From: Bdellovibrionota bacterium
GTDB lineage: Bacteria; Bdellovibrionota_C; UBA2361; JBGSMV01
DNA: 64,000 bases
Assembly (NCBI GenBank): GCA_041739995.1
Contig: JBGSMV010000031.1
Coordinates: 107,640 to 171,639 of the forward strand
Reading direction: 5' to 3'
A program made the translations under genes and the position numbers. This document shows positions 59,086 through 64,000 of this stretch, piece by piece. The notes under the pieces were generated by a model. It saw only the letters and a list, made by a program, of their open reading frames with translations. It was not told where the DNA came from and did no database searches. Position 1 is the first letter of the stretch. Every line of letters starts with the position of its first letter.

Positions 59086-59850
59086 CTACAAGCGTTCTCC
59101 AAATAATGCAGTCCCCACCCTTACAAGCGTGGCACCCTCTTCTATGGCAACCTCAAAATCACTAGACATTCCCATGCTAAGCTCTAGGGCTAAGTCCATC
59201 GAATCACGTAGTTCTCGTAACGCTCTAAAATCAAGGCGGGCTTCTTCTGCCGATTCATACTCTCGGGTAATGGTCATAAGTCCTCTCACCGCGATGGAAC
59301 TCATACTTCTCCCTGAGGTGAATGCGTCGAGCACTTCCTCGGCACTGAACCCGGCCTTTGAGGGATCCTTTGAAATATTCACCTGGAGAAAGACATCCTG
59401 CTGCTTTCCGTACTTTGTCGCCGCCTGCCCCACAGCCTGCAATAGTGCTATCGAGTGAATGGACTGGATAACATCGAACAACGCCACCGCCCGGGCAGCC
59501 TTGTTGCGTTGTAGGTTGCCTATCATGTGAACAGGCGGAACTCCTTCCTCGCTCTGTGCGTGCAGAGCCTCTCTCTTCTGTTCCCACTCTTGAACGTAGT
59601 TTTCCCCAAACACCACCGAAGGCGACACCGTGCAGGATGCACAGGCCTCAAGATACTCACGCATGAGCTCGACCGGTTGTTTCTTTGAAACAGCCACAAG
59701 CTGTACGGGTTGGCCAAGTACAGACCGTGCACGCGCGGCCTCAATCCTTGAGAGCACTGAATCGAGACGTTCTCTTAGCAATTTGTCTTTCTCCCTAATT
59801 TCCGCACCGCGATCGCTCTCAAGAACTCGGTGCCACCTGAATGACTCCAA
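59086..59850 (-). CDS. yggS: PLP homeostasis protein YggS
   Basis: LVAVSK, FGENYVQE, HMIGNLQRNK, LSMGMSSD, VRVGTALFG; start uncertain. Confidence 0.95.
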   Translation of the reverse strand: MESFRWHRVLESDRGAEIREKDKLLRERLDSVLSRIEAARARSVLGQPVQLVAVSKKQPVELMREYLEACASCTVSPSVVFGENYVQEWEQKREALHAQSEEGVPPVHMIGNLQRNKAARAVALFDVIQSIHSIALLQAVGQAATKYGKQQDVFLQVNISKDPSKAGFSAEEVLDAFTSGRSMSSIAVRGLMTITREYESAEEARLDFRALRELRDSMDLALELSMGMSSDFEVAIEEGATLVRVGTALFGERL

Positions 59851-60424
59851 ATTTCTGCAAAGCCCCCAGTGTCGCTGAAAGATTGAGACCGACTACATTG
59901 GTATATGACCCGTGCATTTCCTCAACGAGACTTGCACCAAGCCCTTGAGCTGCATAACCGCCCGCCTTATCAAACGGTTCTCCGGACTGCACATAGGCTA
60001 ACTTCATCGCATCGCTGAGCGTCGCGAACTTCACTCTGGTGCGATGGACTTCAACATGTTCCACGGCACGAGCCGGACACACTAGAGCAAAGGCGCCGAC
60101 CACCTCATGCGGTTGTGCCGAGAGCTTAAACAACATACTCACAGCCTCTTCAGCATCACTTGGTTTCCCAAGAATTTCCCCGTTTACAACAACTGTCGTG
60201 TCAGCACCCAGAGTCCACGCATCACGATCCGACTCCGCCACGCTCCATGCCTTACGAAGCGCCAAGCGCTTTACCATCGATTCTGCAGACTCGCCGTGAA
60301 CTAGTGCCTCGTCCGCACCAGACACCTTCACTGAAAACTTGATGCCCACACTCGCAAGCAGGTCTTGTCGCCTTGGTGACGACGAGGCCAGTATAAAATG
60401 TATTCCTGGAACTACCTGGAACAT
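59819..60424 (-). CDS. maf: Maf family nucleoside triphosphate pyrophosphatase
   Basis: ILASSSPRR, GADTTV, GKP, DKAGGY, NVVGL. Confidence 0.95.
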   Translation of the reverse strand: MFQVVPGIHFILASSSPRRQDLLASVGIKFSVKVSGADEALVHGESAESMVKRLALRKAWSVAESDRDAWTLGADTTVVVNGEILGKPSDAEEAVSMLFKLSAQPHEVVGAFALVCPARAVEHVEVHRTRVKFATLSDAMKLAYVQSGEPFDKAGGYAAQGLGASLVEEMHGSYTNVVGLNLSATLGALQKFGVIQVAPSS

Positions 60425-60427
60425 AGT

Positions 60428-60886
60428 CTATCCATGCTCCACTCGTAGTTTGGATACACGACGCTCTTCCGAAGTCGTGCTACTTTTTTCAATACTCTGA
60501 ATAAGAACTTCCATCAGAAGTTCCTCCATGGAGCGGAATCGCAAGTCCGACAGCGACTGCGCCCACTCGACCCCAGAAAACGTCCCCTGCCATTCACGCT
60601 GTTCAATGAAAGTGAGCTGCTTTACGACTATCTGTCGACGGTCGAGCTCATCTATGAGTTCATCTACAGAGGGAATTCGAAAAAAGTGCTTTTCGTAATC
60701 AGGCGGCAACGTAGAGGACTCTCCGGTGAACACGGAGACAATTGATCCAGAACCGGTAAGAAGGAATTCTTCGGCTCCCAGGTCTGCAAACCCACGCGCA
60801 ACACAAGTACCCACATCGAACGGGAAGCTCACCCCAAGTCGATGCAGCGCTTCAGCACGACGCAGTTTTGAGGGAAGCGATGCCAT
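60428..60886 (-). CDS. Hypothetical protein in the guaB-maf operon
   Basis: 152-aa ORF with short gaps to both co-oriented neighbours. Confidence 0.7.
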   Translation of the reverse strand: MASLPSKLRRAEALHRLGVSFPFDVGTCVARGFADLGAEEFLLTGSGSIVSVFTGESSTLPPDYEKHFFRIPSVDELIDELDRRQIVVKQLTFIEQREWQGTFSGVEWAQSLSDLRFRSMEELLMEVLIQSIEKSSTTSEERRVSKLRVEHG

Positions 60887-60907
60887 ATCAGAAGGTGCCT
60901 TCTCGCG

Positions 60908-62416
60908 TTAACGCTCAGTCTGAATGTGATCGAGTCGCTCCACGTTTGAAGTGCCGCCTTCGACTAAAGTCATTTCTGAAACACGCGTGAGCACTGCGTG
61001 TTCGTGCAATTCGGCAACCGAAAGGACCCCACAGTTACACATGGTTGAGCGAATCTTTGACATTGAAACATCCACTTTGTTCGCAAGCGGTCCGCTGTAG
61101 GGTACGTATGCGTCCACACCCTCTTCGAATATCAGTTCTTGTTTCTCGCTCTGCTTATAGCGTTGCCAGTTTCGTGCGCGCTGAGAGCCTTCGCCCCAGT
61201 AAGGCTTATAAAGTCTTCCACGATACGTAACTTTTTCGGTTGGGCTCTCTTCGGTCATGGCGAAGTACTTGCCCATCATTACAAAGTCCGCCCCCATGGC
61301 GAGCGCAATGATAATGTCAGTGTCAGTATTCAATCCACCGTCCGAGCACACTGGGACGTATACGCCGGTGTCACGAAAGAACTTGTCTCGTGCAGCAACT
61401 ACTTCAAGGAGAGCCGAAGCTTGACCACGCCCGATGCCCTTTTGCTCACGAGTGATACAAATGGAACCGCCACCGATACCGACTTTTACAAAATCAACTT
61501 TCGCTCGCTCCGCGAGATACAAAAATGCTTCTCCGGTAACTATATTTCCACCGCCAAGCACTAAGCGATCGCCAAATTTCTCACGAAGTTCAAGAGCTGC
61601 CTGGCATTGGTATTCTGAATAGCCATCGCTGGAATCAAGACACAACACGTCACACCCGGCCTCAATCAAGGCACTCGCGCGCTCTTGGTAATCGAAGGTG
61701 TTTAGCGCCGCGCCGACCAACAGACGCTTATTATGATCGGTCAACTCGTCTGGGTTGGCCTTGTGATCGAAGTAATCGCGTCTAAATACTAACGCGCTCA
61801 GTACTCCCTTTGCATCAACTACTGGCAGGCACTCTTTCTTGTTGCGCCACAATTTTTCGGTGGCGTCTTGGAGGGATACTCCTTCTTCTGCCATGACGAG
61901 ACGATCGACCGGGGTAAAGTGTTCGGTCACCTTATGGCTAAGATCGTCTTTGAATTCCCAAAAATCTTTACTGGTGAGCAATCCGACCAGACGTCCATGC
62001 GCCGATCCGTCCTCGGTAACGGCAATGGTGGAGTGCCCGGTGCGACGACGCAGATTCACCGCATCTTGAAGCGTTGCTGTGGGGGCCAGATTAGAATCGG
62101 AGAGAACAAATCCTGCCTTATGGTCTTTTACCTTCCGAACCATTTCGGCCTGAGCCTGGATGCTTTGAGAGCAGAATACAAAGCCGCACCCACCCTTACG
62201 AGAAAGTGAAGTTGCAAGCTCGTCGCCAGAAACGGCTTGCATGGCGGCAGAAGCAAACGGAATGTTCAGCTGTAATCGAGGTTCCTCACCTCGTCGGAAC
62301 GAACAGAGCGGCACCTTTGTGCTCACGTTCTCTGGGACATGCGCACGAGAGGTAAGCCCCGGAAGAAGCAAGTATTCTTGGAAGGTTCGCGAAACATTAT
62401 CTAAAATCTGCGCCAC
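60908..62416 (-). CDS. guaB: IMP dehydrogenase with a CBS pair
   Basis: SAAMQAVS, LDSSDG, KVGIGGGSICITR (catalytic Cys), CSDGG, YWGEGS, EEGV; GTG start with RBS GGAGG. Confidence 0.93.
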   Translation of the reverse strand: MAQILDNVSRTFQEYLLLPGLTSRAHVPENVSTKVPLCSFRRGEEPRLQLNIPFASAAMQAVSGDELATSLSRKGGCGFVFCSQSIQAQAEMVRKVKDHKAGFVLSDSNLAPTATLQDAVNLRRRTGHSTIAVTEDGSAHGRLVGLLTSKDFWEFKDDLSHKVTEHFTPVDRLVMAEEGVSLQDATEKLWRNKKECLPVVDAKGVLSALVFRRDYFDHKANPDELTDHNKRLLVGAALNTFDYQERASALIEAGCDVLCLDSSDGYSEYQCQAALELREKFGDRLVLGGGNIVTGEAFLYLAERAKVDFVKVGIGGGSICITREQKGIGRGQASALLEVVAARDKFFRDTGVYVPVCSDGGLNTDTDIIIALAMGADFVMMGKYFAMTEESPTEKVTYRGRLYKPYWGEGSQRARNWQRYKQSEKQELIFEEGVDAYVPYSGPLANKVDVSMSKIRSTMCNCGVLSVAELHEHAVLTRVSEMTLVEGGTSNVERLDHIQTER

Positions 62417-62867
62417 TCTTAAGCCTCCGTGTGCACCCGGTCCATTGTTTCCAATCCACTTTACCCGGTCGATTCTTAGCCAATCCACAGTTGGCTTCGG
62501 GGTGATGGCGAGCAGATTATCTCAGCCATAGCGCTGGGTACATACCGGCCCGGGCAGCACATTTTGTGGGTTCTTAGCCGCGTGCAAGGGCTAGCAACAA
62601 GCAAGCTATCCGGTAATCCGCTTTGACCAACGGCCGTCCAGATAGTCACAGGCCTTCTCCTTTTGTGAGCAACACTCCTGGCTCTAAAAACAGACTTTTC
62701 GCCGTTCCCGGTGACTCACAAGGACGCTGTGTGTTGTTGGCGAAAACACTTTACCAATTCGCTAACATATTGAATATTCAGCAAAACTTGCCCTACCGGC
62801 CTACTCTACCACGCTATCTCATTGCTCATGCCCAGCCTCTATTTGGCCGATAAACAACCAAAGCGCT

Positions 62868-63629
62868 ATGAGAAGCCTACCCAACACATCTTTGGTTACA
62901 TCTCTGACGATGACTCCCTCGCTGTTTGAAGGCTGCAAAGCATTGCGGATTCCCCCCACAAGCGCCTTTCGGCCTAGGACCACAAGGCACTCAGACTCTG
63001 GTATCGCGGTCTTAGAGTTCATGATTTCATTACCGCTTCTCATGCTGTTGCTTGTAGTCACGTTGGAGAGCGGTCGAGTTCTGCATCAGTACATGTTGCT
63101 CAGTAATATCGCGGCTACCGCGGTGCGAACCGGAATCCAGCTAGCTGGCCTAGGAGAAACCTGCTTCGAATCGACTGAGGAGGGTGAGAACGGGGAGATG
63201 GTGCCCCTGCTACTCAATCTAGGATACCAAGCGACTCCTCCCGCGGCCAATAGCCTCTTAGCCCATTGGTTCGCTCAGCGTAGAGCATACGTATTACTCT
63301 ATCATAGCCGAGATCAGATTCTCGTAACCGGTACAGAATCACCACATGAGCCAGATATGAGTTCTGAGTTTCTGAGAAACACCACCGATGACGAGTCGGA
63401 AAGTCATGGCTGCCAAACGGTTCAAGACGCGGAAGAGCCCAGAATTGAGTCATTTCAAAACACCTTCGCCATTCGCCTTGAAGGTACCTATACCCCCTTA
63501 CTATTCCCCATTTCCCTGCCCCTACGGGTTGAGTCACGATCCTCGTACCTGTTCCAAAACAGCAACTTTCCACTTCAAGGTGGAACGGTCTGTCAACCAA
63601 AGACTGTTGGTAGTGACGACGGCGCTTAG
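62868..63629 (+). CDS. TadE-family pseudopilin-like protein
   Basis: SG|IAVLEFMISLPLLMLLL...A..A.R.G; perfect GCCGATAA box at 62846-62853; start uncertain. Confidence 0.75.
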   Translation: MRSLPNTSLVTSLTMTPSLFEGCKALRIPPTSAFRPRTTRHSDSGIAVLEFMISLPLLMLLLVVTLESGRVLHQYMLLSNIAATAVRTGIQLAGLGETCFESTEEGENGEMVPLLLNLGYQATPPAANSLLAHWFAQRRAYVLLYHSRDQILVTGTESPHEPDMSSEFLRNTTDDESESHGCQTVQDAEEPRIESFQNTFAIRLEGTYTPLLFPISLPLRVESRSSYLFQNSNFPLQGGTVCQPKTVGSDDGA

Positions 63630-64000
63630 AATTAATCGTTGAGTAGTCCCAAAATCGAGATACTGCGAGAAGTTAGCTTTCGCCAAGTTAGGTGATCGCT
63701 TGTCAGATTCAAAGCTCTAAGGTCCGCGTAGGGCCATCAAACACCGCGTTTCGCCTCTACTCTAGCGGTTTCGCCCCTGCAGGCGCATTTGCTCTGGTAA
63801 CCCAACAGCCTCGTAAGGCAGCGTTAAACTCACCGCACTAGGCCAGGCCGAATGCTGCCCCCCCATTAAAACTTAGGGCTGAAAATGATGCAGTACCTAC
63901 TTAAAAGCCCTCATTGAATCACTGCACAAGCGCGGGTGATGATGTATTGTCAGCCCCTATACCCGTCCTCGGAGATGAGAATTGCCAGTGGTTCGCATCA

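Noticed and set aside
63630..64000. Short stems (ggcagc/gctgcc) and a possible gene start near 63939
   Set aside because: No tmRNA, RNase P or riboswitch hallmarks; truncated by the window end.

Overview
A gene-dense, mostly core chromosomal segment of a Gram-negative bacterium. A Bdellovibrionota/deltaproteobacteria-like lineage is my inference from the short flagellin, lipoprotein S1 proteases, TadE and minor pilins, and FmdB. Housekeeping content: pcnB, tRNA-Glu(CUC), pdxST, lpxL, rnhA, kdsD, hisS, corA, paaABCD, nadB, ssb, lon, dnaJ-dnaK-grpE, recO, yggS/yggT, maf and guaB. I found no transposase, integrase, prophage or CRISPR array. Most notable observations: (1) a recurring sigma-28/FliA-type promoter ([TG]AAACT-N13-[AGT][CT]CGAT) upstream of a flagellin pair, a minor-pilin quartet, a secreted protease and ssb, suggesting an expanded motile/attack-phase or competence-like regulon; (2) a Phd-VapC toxin-antitoxin islet flanked by 45-bp direct repeats that duplicate the last 13 codons of a protease gene; (3) a flagellin-derived paralog lacking the polymerisation termini; (4) a ~150-nt G-U-rich rod-like hairpin, a candidate ncRNA; (5) a divergent amino-acid dehydrogenase directly upstream of paaABCD; (6) two divergent genes whose start codons overlap in a single CATG; (7) 17-bp inverted repeats bracketing ssb-yceD. 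All product calls come from motif recognition, not database searches.
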